Positions 15,738 through 27,189 of a stretch of 64,000 nt of DNA are shown in pieces. The stretch lies in contig NW_005434644.1 in NCBI RefSeq assembly GCF_000315625.1, forward strand, positions 192,973 through 256,972, written 5' to 3'. The position numbers were made by a program, and so were the translations under genes. Under the pieces are notes generated by a model. It did not search any database. It was not told the origin of the DNA and worked only from the letters and a program-made list of their open reading frames with translations. This DNA comes from Guillardia theta CCMP2712. Its lineage: Eukaryota; Protista; Cryptophyta. How positions within the stretch are numbered: position 1 is the first letter of the stretch; every line of letters starts with the position of its first letter.

Positions 15738-17386
15738 ATGCTCGGCGCAAGGAGTCTGAGTGCCCTGGTTGTACTGGCCAGCTACTGGACTGTCGTCTCA
15801 GCTCTAGAGTTCGCGCTGCGCGAGCCTCTTGCGGCGTTTCAAAGTGATCAGCTCTTGAGATTTCATCAGGCTCCAGTGAGTCCAGTCACTTCCGAGCCGT
15901 CCGACGCAGACCTCCTGCCATTTGGATCTCCATCCCACTGCCATCTGCCGTCCCTTGACGAGTGGCAGCTCCCACCTCCTGTGGCATCTCCGAGCTACGC
16001 AGACAGCGATGTTCACCTTATGGCGCACGAAGCGAACTTCCCGGAGGAAAGGAGCTGGGCCAACTCACAACTGGTGTGTCAGGATGCAGATAGAAACATG
16101 CCGGTGCAAGACAACAACGTCTCGACCAACCCCAGACTTTGCCATGTGTGCAAGCTGATGGACGCGACGAGAGGAGTCGCTGCTGACACTCCGGATCGAT
16201 CGTGGATCGTCCTCGCATGCCGGGCATGCTACACTCTACTCAACTGCCCCACCACTCAGCTCGCTGGGAGATGCTTGCACTGCTCTCGGTTTGCCACCTT
16301 CTCCAAGCCCGGGACCCCAAGAGCCGAGTGGATGCACTGCAAGCAGCACAGCTTGCCTGGAGATGTGAACCTGAAACGAACCTCCTCGCCCCCAGTGTCG
16401 GAGCCTCTAGACTTCTTCGATGAGTCACTTGATGACACCCGAGAAGGGTTCGATGATGACACCAAGTCGTCGTGCGGAGAAAGGTGTGGGAAGCTAAGTC
16501 AAGTATTTCACTTGCTGAGCTTTTCTCGCAGGTCCAGCTTGCAGGAGACCTCACGCGGGCGATCCTCCTCCCGCCAATGGGTTTCAGGGAGGTCAGGAAA
16601 ATCCAGAAGCCCTAGGACCCCCTCCAAGAGTGTTCAGCACTCACAAGAGTTTGAACCCGCTGCCGCGTGCTCGTCGCAGTGCATTGTTGAAGACTGCAAA
16701 CGAGTCCCTCGGTACGGAAGCACCTTGGACAAGTACCCGAAGCTCTGTTCCCGGTACACCCAGAGCTGCTTCTCTTTTGCTTTCATCTTTTGCGTCTGTG
16801 TGACTGTCCTCTGCTCCGCTTCCCACTCCTCTTCTATCCTTCTTACTCCTCTTGAAGGCATCGCATTCAAGGCAGCATCGACTTCAAGAGGTTTAGCCGA
16901 GGCTCCTCCCCGAAGCGATGCCAGCACGAAGGCGGCTGTCAAGTTAGAGCATCCTTCGGAGACTGCATGGAGAGGGTGAGTGGACCGCTTGTCCCTCTCG
17001 ATCGCTTTACTCATCATCTCACCAGGTCCCCCGATACTGCGCTCGGCACAAAGAGCCGAACCACGTTAACATCCGTGCATACCACTGCGAGTATCCCCTC
17101 TGCAGCAAGCAGGCGTCCTTCGGACCTCCGGGCTCCAATGGTGAGGCCAGTCACTTGACTTGATTGTTTCTTAGCCTCTTCGCAGCTGCCATCTACTGTG
17201 CTGACCACAAAAATCAAAATGATGTAAATGTTCGGAACAAGAAGAGCCGTCTGCAGGTAGCGAGCTCGATCCCCTCCCGCCTCTTCTCTAACTGGGTTAC
17301 AGCTCCTCACAAAAAGCTCCTTTGCCGATGTCTTGCCTAGCAAGTTTGCGTCGAGCCCAACTGGCTGTGCTGCCGCTGCGTGCTGA
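15738..17386 (+). CDS. Signal-peptide protein with EsV-1-7-type Cys/His repeats
   Basis: N-terminal MLGARSLSALVVLASYWTVVSA. Repeats such as CLHCSRFATF..HCKQH..DVNL, CIVEDCKRVPRYG..KLCSR, CQHEGGCQVRASFG..RYCARHKEPNHVNI and CEYPLCSKQASFG..YCADHKNQNDVNV lie across short introns. Confidence 0.75.
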
Positions 17387-17634
17387 GGGAGCCGTTGCCC
17401 ATGTGCATTAACCTCATTAGCTTTGAGGAACCTTATACATAGATCGGACGAAGAGGGCTTCGTCGTTTTATTGTTTTGTTGATCAGGTGAAGATGTGACA
17501 TAGAAGTAAACATTCAGAATGTGACGCTGGTGTCTTGACCTGACAGCCTCACTGTGTGAGCCTGTTCTCTGTGTCTCTTGCATCCTTATAGCTCTATCTG
17601 TCTGCATCTTTGTCTTCCTACTTGCCATTCCCTC

Positions 17635-18400
17635 TCATTGCTCCTTCACCACCAGCCTGATGCCTACGGTGACCTCCGGGTGAACCTGCACGTACGCAGT
17701 ATACTCCCCCAACCCGCTCACTTCCGGTATTTCCCACTTCATCTTCGCGCTAAGTTGAACTGCAAGGTGGGGCTTCAGAAAATAGATGTGAAGCTTTGCC
17801 ATGCAAAGATATGTCCTCACCTTTCCCCCCTGACTTCTTCGTTACCTCCTCGATTACTTGCTTGTTGGTTACTGAACCGAAGATCTGGTTCCCTTTCCCA
17901 ACTTTCCTCAGGAGAACGATGTCCCCAAGATTCTTGACCGCGCTTGCAAGGTCTTCAGCTTCCTGTTTCTTCTGTGCAAGCTCCTCCTTACGCTTCGCAA
18001 CCATCACCTGCTCAACGGATCAGAAGCTTTCTACCCCACCCTGCTTCGCTCCCACCTCGACCTCATCGTCGGAGATGATATCAGCCAACGCCTTGGGGCG
18101 CAGGAAGTTGTTGTAGTACCCGATGTTCACTTCAATCACCTCGTTTGCCTTCCCCACCCCGTCCACGTTCTCCTTGAGGATCACCTGTACCTTATCCGCT
18201 GCGCCTGCGCCTGCCTTCTTCGCCTTGGCCATCATGACTACCAACGCCTCCCTTCCTCCTCTGGCTCGTTGGTATGCAGGAGGGGAGGAGAGCGGACAGA
18301 GAGCCGAGGGTCGTAGCTGAGGGAGAGGAGGAGAGGAGGAGGGGGCGAAGGCTGCAGCGGCGGCAGCGCCTAGCATGACCGTCAACAAGGGTTGCAACAT
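17635..18400 (-). CDS. rpl9: Plastid 50S ribosomal protein L9 (bL9), nucleus-encoded with bipartite targeting peptide
   Basis: L9 N-domain VQVILKENVDGVGKANEVIEVNIGYYNNFLRPKALA. C-domain RKVGKGNQIFGSVTNKQV...LGEYTAYVQVHPEV. Leader MLQPLLTVMLGAAAAAAF-APSSSP. Two introns. Confidence 0.92.
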
Positions 18401-18558
18401 GGAGGCCGACCGTCGAAATCCAGAAGGGAAAGAGGGGGATGATGGGGTGAGGTTCCGAAGTTCCTGAGCCGTTATATTGTAACGGTAAGATCCGTAAAAC
18501 GGTTACAGGCGGTTGTCAACGGGGTCAACGGAAGGCAGTTGGGTGGGGCAGCGACGAG
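18401..18558. promoter_or_regulatory. Short bidirectional promoter with clustered AACGG/CCGTT motifs
   Basis: 158 bp between head-to-head ATGs, with five AACGG/CCGTT words in 18469-18531. Confidence 0.55.
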
Positions 18559-20726
18559 ATGCCACGGGAGCTGACGGTGGAGGATCTTGAGGAGAGGAGG
18601 GAACACAGGGAGCCTGTCCTGCTGAGCCCGAGAAGGTGAGAGAGGAGAGAGGAGACGCCTTGCCGGTGAGTGTGACTTGCGGCCAGCACGGAGGCGTGCC
18701 GCCGTCAAGGCTACTTGACTCAAGAGCTTGTCTTTAAAGACTTCGACTTCTTCGAGGAGAGAGATCTACCCGATGACATCATTGAGGTTCGCTGGCAACA
18801 CTACGAGACCAGGAGGAAGGAGAAGCTGCGAGTTGTCAAGGAGGAAAGGCAGGTGTGTGATTGTCACTTACAGCAAGCTCTTGCTTGGAATATTTGGAAA
18901 TTCAAAACTGAAAGACTGACATAGTCATCCGCAGAATCTCATTTCCGTGGGTTGGAAACCAGAGAAGAAAGATAGAAGCTTCATGAACTTCTCACATGAC
19001 GAAAGCTCGACGGTGATACCAGTTGCCGACCTCGCAGTTGTCAACCGCGCAATGATCAGTTTGGCCGCAGGTCGATATGACTCGATCGACAGCAGCAAAC
19101 AAGGAGCAGAGGATTCTAGAGAGTATCAGGATAAAACGCCAGCAAGAGCTTGAACAGGTTGCTCCTTGCCAGCTTCTGCCACATCCTTGATTCTAGTTCA
19201 GCTGGTAGCACAAGAACTCAAGGCAGCAAAACTGATGGAGGAGACCAAGAAGGAGGAGGAGCTGCAGAGGCAGAAAGAGGCCGCGAAATTGCAGGAGGCG
19301 AAGGAAAGGTGCAGTACCACCAATGTCACATGCATGACGTGCTGAACCATCACCTAGGCAGAAGATATGGGACGAGGCTCAGAGGAAAAAGGAGCTAGCA
19401 AAGGTTAAGTGCCAGGGATCCGTGTGCGTCCTGAGGATGTTCAATGCGGCAGGTGGAGGCAGAGAAGATGCAGGAAGAAGAACAGAAGGAGGCAGCAGCC
19501 AGGGAGTATCAGAAAGAGATGGCCCGAAAGGAGGCAGAGGCAAGGCAAGAAGAAGAGCGGAAGAGGCTTGCTCGAGAACGAGAGCTAGCTGCCATCGCCC
19601 TGCGAGAGGAGCAGAAGCAGCAACTGGAGGCAATCTTTGCTCACCAAGAGGAGATTGTAAGTGTTGTAGATTGCTTTCGTGTCTTGCTATCTGTCGCTGG
19701 ATGTCACTATTTCGCGGCAGCTGAACAAAAAGAAAGCTGAGATGGAAAAACGAGATCAAGAGCGGAAGGTAACATCGCTTCCCAAGTTCCCTTCTAAGCT
19801 GCTCTCCAGGCAATGCAAGAGGCAAAGCGAATAGAAAGAATCCTAAGGGCAGAAGAGGAGCGGCAGCGGTCGGCCCATCGGATAAGTTTGGCGTTAGCAC
19901 AGAAGAAAGAGGCTTTGCGCCAGAAGAGGAACGCTCTGCTGAGCCGCCAGGTAGCGATGAGGTGAAACTCCTTCTTGAGGAAACGCTTATTCAAAGCCCA
20001 AAGGAAAAGCTGAGGGAGAAGAAGGAGGCCTTCGAGCAGGAGCAGAGGCAGAGCATACTTCTCCGGCAGCAGGTTTATGCGTTGCTATCTTGCCGCTTTT
20101 GTCCTTCTTGACTGAGCTGCAGAAAGCGGAGGCTAAGAAGGCAGAGATCGCTAGGACCATCCAGCGAATGGAGGACATTGAAAACGAGAAGAAGATGAAG
20201 ACCATACAAAAGGAAAAGAGCCATTCAATTCTCTCTTTGGTTTGACAGTGTATCCAGGAGAAGACAGCTGAAGTCAACATCGAGCGAACTAAGGAAGCTC
20301 AGGAGAGAGAGCGCAGAACACGCACTGAGCTGCTGAGATTGAAAAGGATAGACAAGGTCGCCTCGGGCGCAGCTGCTGAGCTCTACCCTGACTTTGTTGC
20401 AGAAAGAAAATCTCGAAAGGCTACGGCGCATCGAGGCCTTCAAGCGGGACGAGGCGGAGGATCGGATCCGAGCGGATGATCTAAGAACGCAGCAGCTCAA
20501 GCGCTTCCGGCTGAACATGCTTGAGCAGCGGAAGGCGTTTCAGAGGCAGAACGACATGCAGAGAATCGAGATCCTGAAATCGATAGGTGAGGATCACTCT
20601 CATGAATGTGTCGTTACCCTAACGTGTTTGATCGCCAGAAAATATGAGGAGCAACCCTGGCAAGGCTCTAGCAAATGCAACGATGAACAGTACGGCATAA
20701 ATGTATTCTTATTCTTTGCGGCATGA
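18559..20726 (+). CDS. Multi-exon coiled-coil protein (possibly cytoskeletal/flagellar)
   Basis: MPRELTVEDLEERREHREPVLLSPRS|TEACRRQGYLTQELVFKDFDFF..IIEVRWQHYETRRKEKLRVVKEER, followed by many E/K/R-rich exons. Confidence 0.65.
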
Positions 20727-20876
20727 TCAACACAATAAAGATATTATGCCCTCGTCGAAAGCTCCTTCACTTCAACTTCACGGCGGGCACGGCATATATG
20801 CCATGATGGCACTGGTACCTTTCCAAGGCTGAAACACAACATGACGGAGCAGGCCGAGTCGGCATCAGGCTTCCTC

Positions 20877-21130
20877 CTACCACCGCCCCCTACGGATCCA
20901 CAGGAGCCTCGTCTTGTCCAGTAAGGGCTGCCTCTTTCTCCTTGTCGTGCCCGAGGTAGGATCTTCGACACTGTAAGTAATCTCGAGCTGACAACCCTCG
21001 TCGTAGCACGGGGCTCTGATCGTGCCTTGCGTCCTTGCCCTGCACTGACTTGTCACTTGAAGACATCGGGATGGCTCCATCGCAGATTTACCGGCTCATC
21101 TTTGATGCAGCAGGAAGGACTGTTCCCCAT
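20877..21130 (-). CDS. Small hypothetical protein starting MGNSPSCC (3' end uncertain)
   Basis: ATG at 21130 gives MGNSPSCCIKDEP, then a plausible ~52-nt GT-AG intron and GKDARHDQSPVLRR. Confidence 0.3.
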
Positions 21131-22105
21131 ACTGAGATCACAGGAAGATGTGGGCTGCGAGACAGAGGAAGAAGATCGGATACTGACTCAAACAGCGATA
21201 GGTTGGGACTGACCGCAGATCGCACAGCTCACTCTAGAGCAACGGTGCAATGAGAGCTGTTGATGTTGTCACCGAGGTTCGGGGGGTGGTTGGTGCAGTA
21301 CCGAAGAAGGCGGAGGGGAGGGAACCTGAGCTAGGGTGGTTGCTAGTGCTGGTGACAGCAAAGTGACGATGACGCTGGGAGCGGAGAGAGCATGAAGAGA
21401 GGAGAGCAGGACAGAGATCTTCCCACTACACCCCTGCCCGTCCTTCCTAGCCTAGACTGAACCCTCTCCGATGGGTTCGCCGTCCTCACTCGGGAGGAAG
21501 AAATCAAGTCCGCCTCAGGTGTCATTGCTCTAAAATCGGATCACTACTGCCATCGGACAGTCACTTGAACTGCAACCTTCGTAACTTTTACGGTAACTTG
21601 TTCTGACAAACGGTTGATACGGTCCTATCAGCCTGATCGACTCTCGGCTACGAGCGGCTCACCATCTCCCGAGTCCGTGACGCCCTCAAGTATAGAGTCT
21701 GGCGTCAAAGCCTCAGCTGCACTGTACTGAGAGGGCAGGTCCAGGCCCCGCTGCGACCTTCGCTTCCGAGCCTCCGAGGGCGAGGGTCTTGGACTACACC
21801 TGCCTACACACTGGAATCTAGCAGACTGTGGAGCCACGGTCGAAGAGATGGAATCAACCTCCTTTGTTTACTCCGGTTTGCCCTTCTTTTTCAGTCAATA
21901 CAAGAGTAGTTACGATCAAAGATCCATGAAGCTTTCCGAAGTTCTTTCTGAGCTTTCTTGCTCTCGCTTCTGGGCAGCGGCGATTCGACATGAGACATGT
22001 CAAGACTGGATCTCTCCTTCTTTGCTTCGTTCCGATGTACATGACGATCACAGAAGTGAAAGCAACTGCCTTGTTGTACGCTTAATTTGACATTGATCAT
22101 AGGCA

Positions 22106-24329
22106 ATGGCAACTTCTTTCTTCTGTCAACATCACATTGATGGAAGGGAGAATGTCATACTGCAGTGCTCTTGCTTGAAAATACGAGGAGGAAGTGGTGC
22201 AGCATTTGATAGGACTGATGATGATTTTCCCGTCAAAGAGGATGGTATGGGGGATGTGAAAGGCTTCCCCCTGGAGCAAACTTGTGATGGTTCCCTTAAG
22301 AAAAGAAATGCCAAGCAAGCTGACAACCTGTCAGAGGGAAGAGATAGAAATGATCCATTGAAAAGACCACGAATTGTGAAAAGAAAAGGACTGCAGGGCA
22401 ATCTATCTGGAGGAGAGCTCCATGCAGAGATAGGCAGAGCAAACGAGACGATTGCTAGGGTGAATCATGAGATCGCCAAGGTAGAAAGTGAGATCGCCAG
22501 TGTGAATCAGGAGATTGGTGTGGTTGTGTCAAAGATTGAAGAGGCAGATAGGAATGTCATGGACCCTTACATCAGCATGCCAAAGTACTGGCTTGATGAG
22601 AAGAAGCAGCTTCGAAAGGAGAAGAGGCAGCTTCTAAAGAAGGAGACCAAGCTTCTAAAGGAGAAGAGGCAGCTTCGAGATGAGAAGAAGCTATTTCTAG
22701 AAGAGGAAAAGCAGCTTCGAGAAAATGAGAGGCAGCTTCTCGGAATATTCGACGACAAGGGAGCTCGGTATGGAAATCTTTTACTGAAAACAAACAACGA
22801 AGGTATAGAAAACATGAAATGTGATGATCATGCGTCGACTGATAGGACGCACAGATGCTATGTTAGCTTTCTTGAACGAGCTCTACCACACTGCACGCTC
22901 AGGGAAGACCTTTGTGGCTAATGAGAAAGTCAGGTTTTCTACATGGCTGGGAGGTGAAGAGTTGTTTGGAAAGCAGCTTTTCCTTCGAGAGTTTTACTTC
23001 AAGATGATGCGAATAATTGTAGATCAATTCAACCTGGACCCAGAGACTCTGAAGGACAAGCGTCCACAACAAACTTTTCATCCCTTGATCTTTACAGGTA
23101 CTCCAGGGATCGGGAAGTCGTGCTTTGCCCACTTCTTGTTTCTTCATCTTCTCCGGACTGATGTGCAAGTGGTGTATCAGAAAGGGATCAAGCATTGGTA
23201 CTTTCACAAAGGAAAATGGAGCCGAATTGCAAATGACGAAGCTGATATTCGTCGATTTCTTGAAGATTCTCGCGTGTGGTACATCTGTGACCTATACAAG
23301 AAAATGGGGACCTATGTGATAACAAGTACGGCAAAAACCATCATAATCACGTCGCCCAAGCACAAATGGTTCACTGACATTGAGAAGAATCATGGGGCAC
23401 AGACATACTTCATGCCAGTGTGGTCAGACAAGGAGATGGCAGCCTTCATTGAGATGCAAGAGGGGCGGATTAGCGAGAAAGAGGCGAGGGGGATAATTAA
23501 GGACTGGGGAAACGTGCCGAGGAATCTCGTATTAAGACCTGTACGGACAATTAAGAAACTTTGCCAGCAAATATCTTCGGTGAAAGAATTGCAAGCAACC
23601 ATGGACGCAGCAGAAGGTGATGACCTGGGAATGCCATCGAGACTGATTCACCTTATACCTAACGCTGATTGTAAGACCTTCCACCCCAGGATATGCTCAA
23701 TGAAGGCTAAAACAATCATCTATGAGCGACTTGTCCGAGATGATTGGGATCGACTTGTAGAATTTGCTATTTCGAATTCTGGCGAAGCTTTTGAGTTTGT
23801 TGTACATGAGGTGCTTAAGAAAGGAAGAAAGTGCGAGCTTCGAATGCTGCGGTCGGATGGAGATGAAGAGGCTGCGGTTCAATCACTGGACTTGAAGCCA
23901 CAAGCATACTATGAGTTTCCGACAAAACGTCATCAATTGCAGGAGTGGAAGATCATGCACAATACATATTGTAAGCCCAAGACTCCATACTTCCCTTGCA
24001 TCGATGCCCTGCTCTTGGCAGAGAGCGGGGTACTATTCATGTTTCAGATCACGCGGGCGGTGAAACATCCTATCAAACTTGGACCATTTTGTGACATCTT
24101 GCAAAGTCTGCGTGCAAAGAACGAGTTTAAAAGGATATGCTTTATGTTTGTTCTGCCTTCAACGAATGAAAAAAAGAAAAAAGCATTTTCGGGATTCACA
24201 AAAAAGGGAGCGAAGCCAAGCGAGTGGGCAGTGGTCGGCAAGCTCGCTCAGTACATCATGTATTTGTCTAAGGACGACTTAGCGCAGAGGCCCAAGGGTT
24301 TTATGCCCATTCCGCCACCCACGCAGTAA
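22106..24329 (+). CDS. Crinkler/RHS (CR)-type protein: coiled-coil header + P-loop NTPase + restriction-endonuclease-like domain
   Basis: ORFs 22106-22921 and 22821-24329 join in frame through a 43-nt GT-AG intron (22803-22845). Walker A IFTGTPGIGKS, Walker B WYICD, then IIITSP, YFMPVWSDKEM and WGNVPR. REase-like motifs GEAFEFVVH, PYFPCIDAL and FQIT...HPI. Confidence 0.82.
22598..22744 (+). repeat. Seven imperfect 21-bp coding tandem repeats (EKKQLRK-type heptads)
   Basis: gagaagaagcagcttcgaaag / gagaagaggcagcttctaaag / aaggagaccaagcttctaaag / gagaagaggcagcttcgagat ... Confidence 0.85.
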
Positions 24330-25941
24330 ATGTCAGTTGTAAGTACAGTTGAGCTGTTGGCACCAGAGTCCAACAACAGAAGAGCAGAGAAGAGTGGCTG
24401 TAACGGACGCGAAACAGAAGGAAGTACCACCGGTACTGCATCTCAAGAAAAAGGCTACGGCTTAAGATTTTGGCTTTTCAAGAGCTATCAGGTGATTCAA
24501 AATTCAAGTGCATTTTGTCCAGGCTCTTTCGGGATCTCGAGTCTTGCGTGTCCTTTTGAAGGTATTCTCTGTTTCAGATGAGAACATCTCTTTGAAGGTA
24601 TTCTTTGCATCAAATGAGAACATCTCATTTTGTCTTTGCTGCAATCAAAGTGAAACAATCGATGAAGTGAAAGCAAACAGCATTTCCTTGAACTCGTCAG
24701 TCTGAAATTCACGTGCAAGCAACCAAGATTGTCTAAAGATTGATTACATCCTTTGTACTTGAGAAGATACTGAACCAACGATTACCTTATCCAAGAAGAG
24801 CCAAATCAACATCACGCGTGTCAAGGAAGCTTGAAAACTTGAAAACTGTCTGCTCACATGTTAAAATCTTGCAGAACATTCCACATTCCAATCGAACTGC
24901 ACTCCAGAGACCTTTTCCAGCATCTGGAACAGTCTCACAACAACACGAACTTGCTCTTTTGCAGACTGTCTGGCAAGAGTCTCCATCAAGCTAGTTCACT
25001 GGGGTTGGAGTCATCCGCCGAAGTTTCGGATCATTGGAGATTGTTCAAAGCGAACCTTCTTGCTGTGGCGTTTCACAGTAACAGGTGACCACTAAACTGT
25101 CTCTCAGTGTCACGGTGTGGCTCATCCGGGCCCAGCCATCTTCACTGTCACTTCGGAAGGAAGACCATCTGCTCTGTGAGCTGATGATTGAGAAAGAAGT
25201 TTGCCCGACACTGTCATATTCCCCATATCTGAAAATAATCATAAAGCTTGCAAAAACTGCAAACCACGATTTGATTGCCGCTGAATGAACTACATTTATA
25301 CTGTTCGTTCACCTGGACAAATCACTTCAAACAGATCACTTATTCAACTTCTTCTAAGTAAACGGATCTTAATCTCGTCGTGCTCATAAAGCATTCATCG
25401 TTGGGTGCTGATATCAATCCTATGCTCTCTCTCCTAAGTGTTGAGTTGAATATTCTGCATTCTAATCAGTCCAGTGAACTCTTCCACCAATCGAAAACTT
25501 CATTGCCTCACATATGAAAGAAACCAGGCATTCATCGTTTTCCCTTCTCCCTCCCTTCTTCACTTCTTCTCCTCTAGTGCCTTTATAAACAACATCATTT
25601 CAATTTTCGATCTCTTGCCGTCCTCGGCACCTCTGCACTTCCTCTCCCTTTCCTCTCTCTTCCCCTCTCTCAGTCCTTTCATTTTGCTATGCTCCTTCTC
25701 TTTCCTGCTTTTCTCCCTTCTCCCACCCTCCCCCCTCTTTCCTGCTTCCCACTTCCTCGACTTGCTTCATTAGGTATATTCTTTTCCCTTCCTACTGAAG
25801 ATTGTGTAGATGTAGATTTTGGCAGAGCAGACTCTCCTTAGCTAATCAAATTCAAAAATTTGATCGATACGAAGGCAAGAAATCATTTCAATAGGAATCA
25901 TGTAAACAGTACATCAATGCTTGCTAGAAGAAGACCCTTCA

Positions 25942-26937
25942 TCAGCCTCGGGGTGTAGGAGGGTTCTTCATGTTACGAAACAATTCGATCCATATTTTTT
26001 GACCTCCAACATCGTCAAAGAACGCAGCTTTGCTAGGCTTCGATAGCGTCCCCCATTCACCGTCTACTTGCTCCAACAGTTCCTGATGCCGATCACTAAC
26101 TCCCATCATCCCCGCCATGCAGCTAGAGCCGTAAACAAACTCCGCGGTGAATCGCAGCGAACGGCCCCCCATTGCACCCGCAAACACGTTCTCAGAGCCA
26201 TATTTCTCTTTGGCGTCCTCCTTCTCAAATGCAAACCGCAAGGGATCCTTTGCCGTCTCGAGAAACTTCTTCCAATTCCATCTTTCGGGCACGACCTTGT
26301 GCTCAACTGCAAGTTTACAGAACACCAGGAAATCTTCAACGATCGGCTGCTTACCCGATGTGCAGTAGAGGCCATGAAGAAAGCATCCTCCCCATACGTA
26401 GTCGTCGTCAGCGCGCATGCGATAACAGTCCACCAACCATGTCCACTGCTCCTCCGGGGCGAGGCCCTTCGCCCATCCCCGGGGATTGATGTCTTTGTCA
26501 AAGCGTCGCTTGTCGTCTTCCTCATCCGTGTCTGAATCTGTATCGGACTTCATTCCAGAATTTTCAAACATTTTTCGAATATTTTCGTCATCGATTGCCG
26601 CTGATGCTGACTTGGCCAGTTTGTTGAGATCTTTCAACCTTCGCTGTATTTCATTGTTGGAAGGATCGAGCTCCAGCGCCTTGCGCATGCATGCCACAGC
26701 AAGGTCAAACTCATTGTTCTCCTCATGCACTCTGCTTCTTCGAAAATGTCCTTTGGCCCAGTCCGGCTTGAGTTCAATGCATTTGTCAGCATCACAACGC
26801 GCCTCATCATGTCTCTTGAGAGCAAGGAGCGATGCGCTTCGGTTGCTGTAGAGAACTTCACGCGCGATACCGCTCTTCGTTTGCCAATGAACTGCAAGCA
26901 CAACCCCCATAATGCATGGGCTACACGGACAACCCAT
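25942..26937 (-). CDS. TPR-repeat protein with uncharacterised C-terminal domain (5' exon(s) likely further upstream)
   Basis: STI1-like TPR LYSNRSASLLALKRHDEARCDADKCIELKPDWAKGHFRR..ALELDPSN, then a globular region LVDCYRMRADDDY...AFEKEDAKEKYG...SLRFTAEFVYG. Confidence 0.8.
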   Translation of the reverse strand: MGCPCSPCIMGVVLAVHWQTKSGIAREVLYSNRSASLLALKRHDEARCDADKCIELKPDWAKGHFRRSRVHEENNEFDLAVACMRKALELDPSNNEIQRRLKDLNKLAKSASAAIDDENIRKMFENSGMKSDTDSDTDEEDDKRRFDKDINPRGWAKGLAPEEQWTWLVDCYRMRADDDYVWGGCFLHGLYCTSGKQPIVEDFLVFCKLAVEHKVVPERWNWKKFLETAKDPLRFAFEKEDAKEKYGSENVFAGAMGGRSLRFTAEFVYGSSCMAGMMGVSDRHQELLEQVDGEWGTLSKPSKAAFFDDVGGQKIWIELFRNMKNPPTPRG

Positions 26938-27189
26938 ACCCCCCTCTTCCTCCCCGTCATTCCGTCCCTCAGTTCCTCCCTCGCTCTCCCCTTACTTCGC
27001 AAATTAAATATCAACTTCTCTATCTCTTTGACTTGTAAGGATTTCTAAGTAGATGTGAATTTGCAGGCAAGTGACTTTGCTGTCATGTCAAGCATAGAAC
27101 AAAACGCCCCTGAGATGTCCCGCACACCTTCGAAGCAGGTTTGTAAACAGGGAGAAAGTGTACACTTCAGTACCCAGGACGCGAAAAGG

